Shown here one piece after another: positions 11,295 through 22,570 of a stretch of DNA of 64,000 nucleotides (position 1 is its first letter; every line of letters starts with the position of its first letter). Where the stretch lies: assembly GCA_963667725.2 (NCBI GenBank), contig CAXXHO010000001.1:1-64000 (forward strand), written 5' to 3'. Origin of the DNA: Treponemataceae bacterium (lineage in GTDB: Bacteria; Spirochaetota; Spirochaetia; Treponematales; Rectinemataceae). The translations under genes were made by a program, and so were the position numbers. Below the pieces are notes generated by a model, which saw only the letters and a list, made by a program, of their open reading frames with translations, made no database searches and had not been told where the DNA came from.

Positions 11295-11389
11295 CTTTCT
11301 AAGTCTAACATTGGCTTAACCCTTAACGCGTACATTGGCGCGGTTTGTGCTTGCGAGCGAAGCGAGCTGCACAAACCGTGACAATAGCG

Positions 11390-12136
11390 TTATAGGGTTG
11401 AAGCAGGTGTTAGGATTCTTTTCTTAAGGTAATCTTCAATACTATAGAACTGTACTTCTTTAGCATCTTTAAGCAACGTAAAGAATATTGATCTATGCTC
11501 TACTCCAGCCAATACTACAGTAACAGCACCATCAACAGCTAACTTCTTGATATTTTCACACATACCTAGGTTTCTTGTATCCCAAAACTCAAGATACTTT
11601 CTACAAAACTCACTAAACTGAACTAGCTTGTCATTATTTGGCACAACTTCTGTGTAAAGTCGCTTAAGCAATTTCTCTTTATGTTCATTTACCCTATCAA
11701 AACGCGTACTATTGATATCATTCCATTTGCCATTATCTAATATCTCATCTCTCATGCCAAAGTACTTATTACTTTTTTCAATGATTACCCTTTGCCTATA
11801 TGTTAAGTCTTTACTTTTAATAAGGTTATCTATAGACAAAAATAGCGTATCTTCATTCTCTACAAGGTTCAAATCATGAACATACTTTTGCCTATCATGA
11901 ATATCATACGGTACTACTTTTATTCCATATTCCTTTGAATATGAATCAACGGCATACTCTTCCTGGCTTTCATAGTTACGCTGGATAATTCTCTTTCCAA
12001 ACTCATCATAAAAGCTATCAGGAAGCTCCTCTAGTATTAATGCTGGCTTTACTTCTTTTATAATGCTCAACAAATCATACTTTGAGTATGCTTTAGTAGG
12101 TCTATGAATAGTCCCAATAATTACTACTGTTTTCAT
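11390..12136 (-). CDS. Hypothetical protein (TraB/GumN-like motifs); C-terminus reads into attC
   Basis: IGTIH...PALILEELP...LAGVEH; ends LTPASTL inside attC. Confidence 0.6.
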   Translation of the reverse strand: MKTVVIIGTIHRPTKAYSKYDLLSIIKEVKPALILEELPDSFYDEFGKRIIQRNYESQEEYAVDSYSKEYGIKVVPYDIHDRQKYVHDLNLVENEDTLFLSIDNLIKSKDLTYRQRVIIEKSNKYFGMRDEILDNGKWNDINSTRFDRVNEHKEKLLKRLYTEVVPNNDKLVQFSEFCRKYLEFWDTRNLGMCENIKKLAVDGAVTVVLAGVEHRSIFFTLLKDAKEVQFYSIEDYLKKRILTPASTL

Positions 12137-12439
12137 TTTTTTTTGCGCCGCGCTAGCGGCGTCATCCTAACATTAGCTTAACCCTTAACGCGTACATTGG
12201 CGCGGTTTGTGCTTGCGAGCGAAGCGAGTTGCACAAACCGTGACAATAGCGTTATAGGGTTGAAGCAGGTGTTAGAAATCTTCTTTTACCATTATTACTA
12301 CATGCTGCATTGCTTCAAAACATGAGTAAATTATTCTCTTGATAAGCCTTAAGCAATCTTAGTTTCTCTTAACAATTGAACCTTCTTACATTCTCTTCAT
12401 CTTTCTTAACCAAAATCCTTTTCGTCTTCTCTTTCTTAA

Positions 12440-12787
12440 CTAAAGAACATCTTCTTTCCTAACATATTGTAGATAATCATCTCTTCTTGGGCTAAACACT
12501 TCTATCGCTATTGAATCTTCAAGTATTTCTGCCCTATGCCTTATATTTGATTCAATATTCCAACTATCTCCAATTTTGAGGTCTTGTGACTTTCCATCAA
12601 TAAAAAGCCGTATTGATCCATTTACCAAGTAGCCTGTTTGTTCAGGAACATGATTATGTTCTGGAAGTATGGCACCTTTAATAAGCCTAAATTCTACCAT
12701 TATTGAGTTTGTGCCATAATTAAGAGACTTTATGCTTATTCCAGGGATAATTTCTTTATAACCAGCATCTGAAGAAACGCCAAACAT
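12440..12787 (-). CDS. Cupin domain protein (copy 2)
   Basis: Paralog of 10131-10478. Confidence 0.9.
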   Translation of the reverse strand: MFGVSSDAGYKEIIPGISIKSLNYGTNSIMVEFRLIKGAILPEHNHVPEQTGYLVNGSIRLFIDGKSQDLKIGDSWNIESNIRHRAEILEDSIAIEVFSPRRDDYLQYVRKEDVL

Positions 12788-12988
12788 ATGAACTCCATCC
12801 TACTGAACTTATGAAAACGAGATTCTTATTATCTTCTCTTCCTGCGCGGGAGCGTCTTTCTAACATTAGCTTAACCCTTAACGCGTACATTGGCGCGGTT
12901 TGTGCTTGCGAGCGAAGCGAGTTGCACAAACCGTGACAATAGCGTTATAGGGTTGAAGCATGTGTTAGATTTCTTCTTTTATAACTAC

Positions 12989-13480
12989 TTACAATAACTT
13001 CTCATATGCTACAAAGTCTGTATCGTAAGCATGAACTACACCTAAGTCTTTATATCCCATTCTTTTATAAAGTCTATTTGCAGCCTTGTTTACTTCGGCA
13101 GCTAAATGATGTGTTGCTTTATATCCTTTCTCTTTTGCTACAATACTAATACTCTTCATCATCTTTTCCCCAATACCTTCGCCCTGGTATTCAGGAGCAA
13201 CACACAATCTTACAAGAAAACATGATCTTACTCTTTCCCAACCAAGATCCTTTATTTCTTCTGGTTCATCTTCAACTATAGATATTGAAGCTATGATTTT
13301 ATCTTGATCTTCAAGTACGTATAATCCTTTATTCTTAATGTCTTCTGATATGATTTCTTTATTTGGATAGTCTTCATCCCAATCTGAAGTATCATCAATC
13401 TTTCCTTTAGCCTTTGCAGCATCGAACATGCTATTGATGTAATTGATGTCTTCAATTGATGCTAATCTAAAACTTTGCAC
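12989..13480 (-). CDS. GNAT acetyltransferase
   Basis: LVRLCVAPEYQGEGIG; paralog at 24930. Confidence 0.9.
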   Translation of the reverse strand: MQSFRLASIEDINYINSMFDAAKAKGKIDDTSDWDEDYPNKEIISEDIKNKGLYVLEDQDKIIASISIVEDEPEEIKDLGWERVRSCFLVRLCVAPEYQGEGIGEKMMKSISIVAKEKGYKATHHLAAEVNKAANRLYKRMGYKDLGVVHAYDTDFVAYEKLL

Positions 13481-13661
13481 TTTTAATCCTTATATTACAG
13501 CAAAACTCAATCAGTAATCTTATTTCCTGCCCGGAGGGTCAATCTAACATTAGCTTAACCCTTAACGCGTACATTGGCGCGGTTTGTGCTTGCGAGCGAA
13601 GCGAGCTGCACAAACCGTGACAATAGCGTTATAGGGTTGAAGCAGGTGTTGGGCAGGTTAT

Positions 13662-14402
13662 TTAAAATTGATTACTGTAACAATTTTTACAAAGTGGTTT
13701 ATTCATACTGGTTTCTTTCGTTTGCCCACAAATATGACAGTACTTTTCTACAAAATCAGGATTACTCCAATAACTATAGCTTTGGTAACATTCTTTACAG
13801 TATGGTGCATTAGGATTTAAATCGATTTCTATACCACATCTTATACAGTATCCTGCAATACTTTTCTTATATACATTTTTACTACTTTTAACGTCATTTT
13901 TAACTTTTTCGTTTTTTCTACTTTTAGCATATCTTCCGGGTATCGATATTTCAGAGTTGATGCCAAATATGTCTTTATCAATAACAATTTCTTTTATCTT
14001 ATTTACCTCATCTTTTCTATTAATCTTATACCCAATTTCATAATTAAACTCTTTTGATGAATCGTACAAGTTCATCGATGATATAATGGCAGACTTTTCA
14101 TTTAGATACAATTTTGTATGTAATCTATCCACAAAATGGATATCAAAACCACTTTCTTTCAATCTGTCTATTTGATCTATACTTACATCATTAGTTCGAA
14201 ATACAAATATGATTTTTTTTTCTAGCTTTGCAGCTTTATCAAGAGCTCTTTGTAGTATTGGCCAAGGTTTATAATATGGGGTAATTAAAAAGCAATACTC
14301 TTTTGCATCTTCAATTAAATTTATTATTTCACCTGTTATTTGATGAATCGTTAATACATTGTATAGTTCCACTTTGTACTCCAATGTAGGTAAAAAATTC
14401 AC
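13662..14402 (-). CDS. Phospholipase D/Nuc-like protein with a C-terminal Cys-rich (Zn-ribbon) region
   Basis: LHTKLYLNE...SSMNL (HKD-like motif); four CxxC pairs. Confidence 0.8.
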   Translation of the reverse strand: MNFLPTLEYKVELYNVLTIHQITGEIINLIEDAKEYCFLITPYYKPWPILQRALDKAAKLEKKIIFVFRTNDVSIDQIDRLKESGFDIHFVDRLHTKLYLNEKSAIISSMNLYDSSKEFNYEIGYKINRKDEVNKIKEIVIDKDIFGINSEISIPGRYAKSRKNEKVKNDVKSSKNVYKKSIAGYCIRCGIEIDLNPNAPYCKECYQSYSYWSNPDFVEKYCHICGQTKETSMNKPLCKNCYSNQF

Positions 14403-14553
14403 GCTTAGCCTTTACTCTGCCCAACATTGGCTTAACCTTTAAATCCGCGCCTGAGCGTAGCGAAGGCTTGGCGTGGTTTGTGCATTGTTGTTCCTGCACA
14501 AACCATGACAAAGGATTTATAAGGTTGAAGCAGTTGTTCTATGTCTTTTCTTA

Positions 14554-15336
14554 CTAAATACTTTTAAATAATTTAAGTAATGATTTTTTCAAGCAACCTG
14601 AATTTGTAGCTCTAATATACTTATTTGTTTTTACTGCTTTTTCCAACCCTATAATCTTTAAATTTCTTTCTGGTGACCAAATGCCTGGTATATTGTGGTC
14701 AATACAAAATAATGGGCTACCACTAATTCCTTCTAAAGTAGGTACTTTTTCAAGTTTTCCATTTACCATTATTTCTTCTTTATATTCAAATACTATATCA
14801 ACACTCTTATTATAATTATCAACTATTGAAAAATCACCTTTATATATTTTTGTAATAAATTCCAAAGAGCCAATTCTAATATTCGGATCTCCGTATAAAT
14901 CTTTTTGCATTTCCCTTGGGAATCCATTAACAAACACTGCTTGATTATCATATATTGTCTTGCCATCGTAGAAAGAATCAATGTAAAATGGTTTCCAAAA
15001 CATTCTATTTAGTAATTCTTCTTCATATAACAACGGAACTACTGCAAAATCAGCACCTGAATCGTCTTTTGAAAAGTATGGAAAATATGGTAATGAATAA
15101 GCTTCTTTATTTTGACCAAATATTGGAAAAGCAAATTTTTTGTATTCTATGTCTTTAGTTTCTTCCAAGACATGCCTGGCAGTAATAAGATAATTTACAT
15201 TATTATAATATATAATGAAACCTGTTCCCCTTACGAAAGCACTTTCCTGAGATATCATATACATAATCGGGAAAACTCTTTCATTTATATAGTGATGGCA
15301 TGCCTCAAGCATTATAGAATCTTCATAGTATAGCAT
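14554..15336 (-). CDS. Trypsin-like serine protease domain protein
   Basis: GTGF...LITARHVL...DFAVV...GISGSPLF. Confidence 0.75.
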   Translation of the reverse strand: MLYYEDSIMLEACHHYINERVFPIMYMISQESAFVRGTGFIIYYNNVNYLITARHVLEETKDIEYKKFAFPIFGQNKEAYSLPYFPYFSKDDSGADFAVVPLLYEEELLNRMFWKPFYIDSFYDGKTIYDNQAVFVNGFPREMQKDLYGDPNIRIGSLEFITKIYKGDFSIVDNYNKSVDIVFEYKEEIMVNGKLEKVPTLEGISGSPLFCIDHNIPGIWSPERNLKIIGLEKAVKTNKYIRATNSGCLKKSLLKLFKSI

Positions 15337-15458
15337 CAATATTCCTCCGCCCGAAGGGTCCATAGAACATTGGCTTAACCTTTAAATCCGCGCCTGAGCG
15401 TAGCGAAGGCTTGGCGTGGTTTGTGCATTGTTGTTCTGCACAAACCATGACAAAGGAT

Positions 15459-16049
15459 TTATAAGGTTGAAGCTTTTGTTAGATTTCTGACTTTCTCTTT
15501 TATTGTTTGATCTATTATATTATCGATAAGCCACTTGATTTGAGTCTCATTCATCTTTTTAGAAGCATTTACTATATCTTTACAATCTTTATCATTAAGC
15601 TCTTTTGTCTTATACAGTAAGACTGCTTCAGGACATAAATAAGGAATACGCTCTTCAGTAAACTGTATCACTTTTTTTTCATCAAGCTTGATCTCTTTAT
15701 CCCGCCTATAAATCCAATTATCTTCATCTCTCTCATTCAATAGTATTTCTAGTTCCAATCCTTTATATTCAACATATATTTCATGTATTGGCAGCTGAAG
15801 ATACTCTTTATTCCATTCTTTCTTTTCATGCTTCCCAATTCTGCTCTTGTTATTAATAAAGTATTTCTTACTACTTTCAAAGTACCGATATAGATGCATT
15901 TGATGCTTCCTATATATCCCAATTTCAATATCACTATGAACTCGTGTTTCCTTATCCAGGAATAGATCAATTGCCCAACCACCAGCAATGAACCAAGGAT
16001 AACCGAATTTATCCATTATACTTTTAACTTTTATACATTGATCAAACAT
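15459..16049 (-). CDS. Nucleotidyltransferase of the aminoglycoside-2''-adenylyltransferase/Lnu-like family
   Basis: WFIAGGWAIDLFL...RVHSDIEI...PEAVLLYK...KDCKD. Confidence 0.8.
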   Translation of the reverse strand: MFDQCIKVKSIMDKFGYPWFIAGGWAIDLFLDKETRVHSDIEIGIYRKHQMHLYRYFESSKKYFINNKSRIGKHEKKEWNKEYLQLPIHEIYVEYKGLELEILLNERDEDNWIYRRDKEIKLDEKKVIQFTEERIPYLCPEAVLLYKTKELNDKDCKDIVNASKKMNETQIKWLIDNIIDQTIKEKVRNLTKASTL

Positions 16050-16237
16050 ACACGCTCCTAAACTCTCACTTCAAACTTTGCATGTCATTAAAGATACTAT
16101 TTCTCCCTGGCGCGGAGCGCTCAATCTAACATTGGCTTAACCGGTAATTCCGCGCCCGAAGGGCTTGGCGCGCAGTTTGCTAACGAGCGCAGCGAGCGCA
16201 AACTGCGTGACAAAGGAATTATCCGGTTGAAGCAGTT

Positions 16238-16799
16238 GTTAGGTCAATTTTCGTTTTTTGCCTTAACACCTTTGCAGCTATCAAGATACATGCCATGGCA
16301 AAAGCAATACTTATGCTAAAGGCTCTGTCTTTCATCGTGCATAGAACATATTTCTTCAGACATAAGCTTCTATTATCTTGATCTTCAATCTTGACCTATT
16401 TCTCTTTTCCACTGCTTCAATCTTTCTTAAACAATATTTACCTTTATTTTCTTCGTTTTTTGAAGCAAGAAATATTCTCTTCTCCGTATACTTTGTATAA
16501 TGAAGAATACAAGAACAGATCGCAATCGTAAGCAAGCTTACATTTTATCTGTTCTTGTATTCTTCAATAGTACATTGTGTATGGTTTGCCCATTTTTCTT
16601 GGATCAATGCTTTAAGAAAATATTCCAAAATTGTTCTTTCTGTAGAATTTAGACAGGATACTATTCAGGATAATTGAAAGCCATACTAAGTTTGCCGTTG
16701 AAGTAAGCACCATGAAAGCTGCTATCAAGCACGGGATTATGATCTTTTCTGCCAATCACACGTTGCCGTAGTGCGCCGCGCTAGCGGCGTCGACCTAAC
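16238..16799 (-). repeat. 562-bp cassette without a long ORF, position 19
   Basis: Copy of 8678-9239. Confidence 0.9.
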
Positions 16800-17056
16800 A
16801 TTGGCTTAACCCTTAACGCGTACATTGGCGTGGTTTGTGCCTACGAGTGAAGCGAGTTGCACAAACCATGACAATAGCGTTATAGGGTTGAAGCAGGTGT
16901 TAGAAATCTTCTTTTACCATTATTACAATATGCTGCATTGCTTCAAAAAATGAGTAAACTATTCTCTTGATAAGCTTTAGTTCTCTTAACAATAGTACTT
17001 TCTTACATTCCCTTTATCTTTCTTAACCAAAATCCTTTCCCTCTTCTCTTTCTTAA

Positions 17057-17404
17057 CTAAAGAACATCTTCTTCCCTAACATACTTAAGGTAATCATCTC
17101 TTCTTGGGCTAAACACTTCTATCGCTATTGAGTCTTCAAGTATTTCTGCCCTATGCCTTACATTCGATTCAATATTCCAACTATCTCCAGGTTTTAAGTC
17201 TTTTGGCTTTCCATCAATAAAAAGCCGTATTGATCCTTTTACCAAGTAGCCTGTTTGTTCAGGAACATGAGTATGTTCTGGAAGTACAGCACATTTAGTA
17301 AGCATAAATTCTACCATAATTGAGTTAGTGCCATAATTAAGGGACTTTATACATATTCCAGAGATAATCTCTTTATAACCAGCATCTGAAGAAACGCCAA
17401 ACAT
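17057..17404 (-). CDS. Cupin domain protein (copy 3)
   Basis: Paralog of 10131-10478. Confidence 0.9.
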   Translation of the reverse strand: MFGVSSDAGYKEIISGICIKSLNYGTNSIMVEFMLTKCAVLPEHTHVPEQTGYLVKGSIRLFIDGKPKDLKPGDSWNIESNVRHRAEILEDSIAIEVFSPRRDDYLKYVREEDVL

Positions 17405-17606
17405 ATGAATTCCATCCTATTGAACTTAAGAAAACGAGATTCTTATTTTCTTCTCTTCCTGCGCGGGAGCGTCTTTCTAACATTAGCTTAACCTTTAAAT
17501 CCGCGCCTGAGCAAAGCGAAGGCTTGGCGTGGTTTGTGCATTGTTGTTCCTGCACAAACCATGACAAAGGATTTATAAGGTTGAAGCATGTGTTAGATGC
17601 CACTAT

Positions 17607-18915
17607 TGTACACATCAGGGACATCGTTTACAAAACCTCAAGGACATCGTTTACACATTAAACTATGCTTTTCCTAGGGGGAAAGCATATGCCTTGGAGG
17701 AATACAACGATTATGGACGAGAAATACTTCTTCATCAATGAGTACCTGGCTCACAGACATACAATAACAGAACTCTGTAAGCAGTTTGGAATATCCCGAA
17801 CCCTGGGGTACAAATACATTGAACGCTTTAACCACATGGGTTTTACCGGGCTTAATGAGCTTTCAAGAAAGCCTAAATCATGCCCTACTAAAACACCCGT
17901 AAGAATTGCCAAGAACATAATTTCAATACGAAACAAGCATCCTCGATACGGTGCTGATAAAATCAAAACCATACTCGAAAGGGATATGCCAGATATGCAG
18001 TGGCCATCTCAAACGACAATTCATACAATCTTAAAAATCGAAGGGCTAATACCCGAGAGGAAAACCAACCGCCATATCTATCCCTGTAATCCAAAGTTTG
18101 ACCCCAAAGAAATAAACGATATGTGGGGCATTGATTACAAGGGAAAAATGCGATTGATTAATGCAGTATATTCATATCCCCTTACTATTACCGATTCATT
18201 TTCCCGTTTTATTTTGGCTGCTGATGCTCTTGCAAGTCCCACTACAGAAGCTACAAAAGCAGTATTTATAAGGGTTTTCGAGGACTTTGGCTTGCCGAAT
18301 TATATTCACAGCGATAATGGAGTGCCTTTTGCAGGATCAACATCATTGGCTCGCTTATCAAGTCTCTCTGTATGGTTCATTGAACTTGGTATTATGCCTG
18401 TGTACTCGGATCCTGCTAAGCCCGGTCAAAATGGCAGACATGAACGAATGCATAAAGAATTAAAAGCAGAAACGGCAAGTCCATTACCAAGATCTCATAA
18501 TGAGTTACAGAAACGCTTAAATGCTTTTATTAAAGAGTACAATGAATACCGTCCTCATCAAGCGCTTAATAATAACACACCAGCAAGCATCTATAAACGA
18601 TCAGAACGTGTATATCCTCAAAGTATTGAACCGTGGGATTATCCTGGAGCGTTCGAAGTTAAAAGAGTTCTGAAGAATGGTGCTATACGCTGGGGTAATC
18701 ATAACTGGATAATGGTTGCTACACCGCTTATTGGCAAAGACATTGGTCTCGAAGAAATCAGCGATGGCCTTTTTCGCGTCTATTTTAGGTTCAAGCTCCT
18801 TGGATATCTTGACGCCAGAAAACTAAGAATACAAGATATACAAGGACGCTTGAAGCGACAATAAAAGTGTAAACGATGTCCTTGTAGTTTTGTAAACTAT
18901 GTCCTAGTTAGTACA
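17607..18915 (+). mobile_element. IS481-family IS, copy 2 (target duplication CTAT)
   Basis: Same length and identical protein to copy 1; CTAT duplicated on both flanks. Confidence 0.93.
17689..18864 (+). CDS. IS481-family transposase
   Basis: Identical translation to 4464-5639. Confidence 0.93.
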   Translation: MPWRNTTIMDEKYFFINEYLAHRHTITELCKQFGISRTLGYKYIERFNHMGFTGLNELSRKPKSCPTKTPVRIAKNIISIRNKHPRYGADKIKTILERDMPDMQWPSQTTIHTILKIEGLIPERKTNRHIYPCNPKFDPKEINDMWGIDYKGKMRLINAVYSYPLTITDSFSRFILAADALASPTTEATKAVFIRVFEDFGLPNYIHSDNGVPFAGSTSLARLSSLSVWFIELGIMPVYSDPAKPGQNGRHERMHKELKAETASPLPRSHNELQKRLNAFIKEYNEYRPHQALNNNTPASIYKRSERVYPQSIEPWDYPGAFEVKRVLKNGAIRWGNHNWIMVATPLIGKDIGLEEISDGLFRVYFRFKLLGYLDARKLRIQDIQGRLKRQ

Positions 18916-19581
18916 CTATTTATTCTTTGCCGTATTAGTCTTTAAAATGTACTTATCAATACCATACACTAGGTGGCTTATACACACCATAAATAGTACC
19001 AATCCTAATATAAAGGGTATCGTTTTAAGCCCTAGCCTATCATAATCCATAAAGAAGTATGGGAAATGTACTGGATTCCCCGTTCTATCAACGTAATACG
19101 TATATCCTAACAAGCCAATAACAGAATTCATTATAATATATAGCATTGGAAAGATAAGCGAAAAGTAAACAGTCCGATATTTCAACCTATCGTTTTGATA
19201 ATATAGAATGTAATCAACAATGCATAACAAAGGTGCTATCCCATGAACTGCAATATTTGAAAACTTCCACACGTTAGTCATAGTTGGTGCCAGCATTGTC
19301 CAGTACACAAAGAATGTCAAAAATATGTCAATCATACATACCATTTCAAAGTCTTTTGTCTGATCGATTGATTCTGAGCCGGCCTTAATGTTTAGGATTG
19401 TCTTTATTATCAAATAGCCGAACAGCAAGAGTACGAGTGTATTGCTCTGTATTGTATAGTACATGAACAATGACCAATCCCATGTACCTTTGAAACCGCC
19501 ACATATAGATACTATACCTAACAAGACTAGGATGAATGAGGCGATTCGAGTTGTAAGGATGACAGATTTATTCTTTACCAT
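18916..19581 (-). CDS. Pr6Pr-family integral membrane protein
   Basis: YYTIQSN, H..AP and PYFFMD motifs; multiple TM segments. Confidence 0.75.
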   Translation of the reverse strand: MVKNKSVILTTRIASFILVLLGIVSICGGFKGTWDWSLFMYYTIQSNTLVLLLFGYLIIKTILNIKAGSESIDQTKDFEMVCMIDIFLTFFVYWTMLAPTMTNVWKFSNIAVHGIAPLLCIVDYILYYQNDRLKYRTVYFSLIFPMLYIIMNSVIGLLGYTYYVDRTGNPVHFPYFFMDYDRLGLKTIPFILGLVLFMVCISHLVYGIDKYILKTNTAKNK

Positions 19582-19742
19582 TCGCAATTGCCCTATAGCG
19601 CGCGTCAAGCGCGTCCATCTAACATTGGCTTAACCTGTAATTGCGACCTGAGCGAAGCGAAGGATTGGCGCACTTTTTGCTAAGGAGCAAGGCGACGACT
19701 GCAAAAAGTGTGATAAGAGCAATTATCAGGTTGAAGCATGTG

Positions 19743-20240
19743 TTAGGTTTTTGTACTAAACTTTATTGTAATACTTTTACCTTGATCATCATCATAAAAT
19801 GTAATTGAACTCGCATCAGTATTTATTGGAGAAAAAACAAAAGTCCCATCTGCTGAATCATTACCACTAAATCCATAACTATCATATGCTATTCCTGTTG
19901 TTAGTATATGATTATACTTATTTCCAAAATTATCTTTTATATACATATCATAATTCTTATCATCAGATTTTTTTAGAATATATCCAATTTTACCTGGTGT
20001 ATATGTCGATACCCAAGTACAAAATATTTCTGTTGAATAATCTTCATATACTGCAATTTTGTGTACTTTTAGGCTTATAGTCATATTATATATACTTTTT
20101 GTATACATATTTTTATCAACTATATAATATCCAGGAAGAAGTGGCCTATCGATTATGTAAATATTGCATGATTCAATACAGACAATAAATAGTAAAGCAG
20201 CCAATTTCATTATTAACACTCTTAAATTTTTGCTATTCAT
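19743..20240 (-). CDS. Hypothetical exported protein or lipoprotein (second ORF of a two-gene cassette)
   Basis: Signal-like N-terminus with Cys; stop lies in attC R''. Confidence 0.6.
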   Translation of the reverse strand: MNSKNLRVLIMKLAALLFIVCIESCNIYIIDRPLLPGYYIVDKNMYTKSIYNMTISLKVHKIAVYEDYSTEIFCTWVSTYTPGKIGYILKKSDDKNYDMYIKDNFGNKYNHILTTGIAYDSYGFSGNDSADGTFVFSPINTDASSITFYDDDQGKSITIKFSTKT

Positions 20241-20271
20241 AGTTTTACTTGCCTTCTTACAGATTCGTGTT

Positions 20272-20871
20272 TTAATACTCTGTTATTTTAATTACAGTGT
20301 AATCACATTTGACTGAAGTCGAAGATTCGCCACCACACAAGAACCCTATTCTACCTTGATTATTCGATCCAAATTGATAAGTTGGATATTCATTATCATT
20401 TATATATATTTTCATATAACAACACCCATCATACCTAAGTTTTATTCTATTTTGTTTACCCAATCCCTTACGTACCCCTGGACACTCTCCAATACTCATT
20501 GCATTCCATGTATGCTTTCCATTTTGAATCAAATCAAATCCAGCATATCCATTTTTATTTAAAATTAGATAGCTATAATTATATCTATCTTTATAGTTAT
20601 AAACTACTCCGAATATTGTGTTTTCTGAACCACTTCTCAGGTTTACATCTACATCGAATTCTTTTATTGAATATTCTCTTGTGTCATATATTTTTATATA
20701 TGAATACTTATCAGAAATATTACTTTCAAATTCATATGAGCCGCTACCAAGATCTATCCAATCAAATTCCATTTGCTCATTGTCAATTAAACCAAACGAA
20801 CATGAATATAATATTAATGTGCAAAAAACAAACCTAATAAGGTACCTGTAGATTATTTTAATTCTAGTCAT
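20272..20871 (-). CDS. Hypothetical lipoprotein
   Basis: LYSC lipobox-like motif. Confidence 0.6.
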   Translation of the reverse strand: MTRIKIIYRYLIRFVFCTLILYSCSFGLIDNEQMEFDWIDLGSGSYEFESNISDKYSYIKIYDTREYSIKEFDVDVNLRSGSENTIFGVVYNYKDRYNYSYLILNKNGYAGFDLIQNGKHTWNAMSIGECPGVRKGLGKQNRIKLRYDGCCYMKIYINDNEYPTYQFGSNNQGRIGFLCGGESSTSVKCDYTVIKITEY

Positions 20872-21179
20872 ATTTCTATATCCATAGTGCTTAACTTTCC
20901 TTAAGCCATTTTTTCAATTATAGAAGCGCGCATATGCGCGTCAACCTAACATTGGCTTAACCCTTAACGCGTACATTGGCGCGGTTTGTGCTTGCGAGCG
21001 AAGCGAGCTTCACAAACCGTGACAATAGCGTTATAGGGTTGAAGCAGGTGTTAGGCAATTTTTTCTATTATCAGTATTTAATCTAGCATAATACATATCA
21101 TTTACTGCAAACTCTATTTAAGTACTAAATGAGTTATTCTATGCTATTTAATAATACTAACTTACTTTATCTCAATACA

Positions 21180-21626
21180 TTAGGATTTCATGAGTACTAG
21201 ATTCTTTATCCCATTACGATCAAATTCTTCTCTATATTTCTCTTCAGCAATTTCATGCTTCTCTTCAAGCTCTTCTTCAGCCATCTTCCTATACTCTTTT
21301 TCTCCAATCTCTTGAATAATGTCTCTTTGTCCTAACCTAAAAAGTAGTTCTTGCCAAAATGTTTCCTCAACAAAGTCATCAAAATCATCTCCAAATGCCT
21401 TCTCTGCAGCTTCTGTTAACTCATACTCATTTGTTGATTGATTGAATTCAATACCTCGAAAAGCCTTTGCCATTTTCGTAGTAAGTAATACTTTCTGAAT
21501 AAGGCTATTTATAGTTTTATCTTCTACATCATCTTTTGGCACAACAATAAATGTACCGGAGTACAACAACTTGAGGAAAAGCCCAACTTCTTCTTTAGCG
21601 AAAGTAATACTTATTTCGTTTGCCAT
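21180..21626 (-). CDS. Hypothetical protein (paralog of 31715-32161)
   Basis: Two near-identical cassette proteins. Confidence 0.8.
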   Translation of the reverse strand: MANEISITFAKEEVGLFLKLLYSGTFIVVPKDDVEDKTINSLIQKVLLTTKMAKAFRGIEFNQSTNEYELTEAAEKAFGDDFDDFVEETFWQELLFRLGQRDIIQEIGEKEYRKMAEEELEEKHEIAEEKYREEFDRNGIKNLVLMKS

Positions 21627-21796
21627 TTTCATAACTCCATTTGCAGCTATTTTGTTTGCGCGCGCGAAGCGCGTCTGCCTAACATTGGCTTAAGCTGGGA
21701 GCTTCGACCGCGAAGCGGTTGGCGCGCTTTTTGCGTAAAGGAGCGTAGCGACACGCAAAAAGCGTGACAAAGAAGCGACTCAGCTTGAAGCAGTTG

Positions 21797-22570
21797 TTAG
21801 GTTTCTGCTTTTTTTATGAAACATGTAATAGCTTCAATTAATAATCCTAAGAAAACTAAAGTTATTAAGTTTTGAACAATGATAAGAATTCTTGCTATAC
21901 TTGTTATTGGCAGAATATCACCAAATGTCATTGTTGTTGCAATACCTGCACTTAGGTACAGCATTCTAAAAAACTCGCCAGATAAGTTTTTAGGGAAACC
22001 TTTATAGGCATCACCTAATCCGATTATCTTTGTATAAATCTTTTTATCGATTTCTATAAATCCATTTGGTTTGCTATCAAATACTGAATTGTAATTGAAG
22101 ATCTGCAAAACATTGTTAGTAATAAACACATTATTATTTTCATGTGATTTAAGTAGGAATAATTTATTATCTGTTATTAAATAAGTTTTTAGATTTAATA
22201 CTAAAGAATCATTAAAGCCCATACCATTAATTAAACCTGCTTCATTCTTGTATTCAAATGAGAAGAAATACTTTAGAATTATTTCGTTTGGATACTTGGT
22301 TAAAGATATGTCATTAACCCGAAAATCAACAATCTTAATATTGTTAGGAAGATTCTTTAATAAAACATCCGATAACTGTTTCGTTAATACTGTTGTTATT
22401 TCAATAACATCCTTATTAAAACTACTATTTTCATATTGCACTGTTGAATGGTAAAAACTTTCTTGTGGTAGTATCCTATAGATTGCTGCAAACAGAACAA
22501 TGCTACAAATATATAAAAATAATATTATCAAAATTTTGTTTCTAAAGAGATATATAATATTTTTCAACAT
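21797..22570 (-). CDS. Two-TM ion-channel-domain protein
   Basis: YLSAGIATTMTFGDILP pore-like motif. Confidence 0.7.
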   Translation of the reverse strand: MLKNIIYLFRNKILIILFLYICSIVLFAAIYRILPQESFYHSTVQYENSSFNKDVIEITTVLTKQLSDVLLKNLPNNIKIVDFRVNDISLTKYPNEIILKYFFSFEYKNEAGLINGMGFNDSLVLNLKTYLITDNKLFLLKSHENNNVFITNNVLQIFNYNSVFDSKPNGFIEIDKKIYTKIIGLGDAYKGFPKNLSGEFFRMLYLSAGIATTMTFGDILPITSIARILIIVQNLITLVFLGLLIEAITCFIKKAET

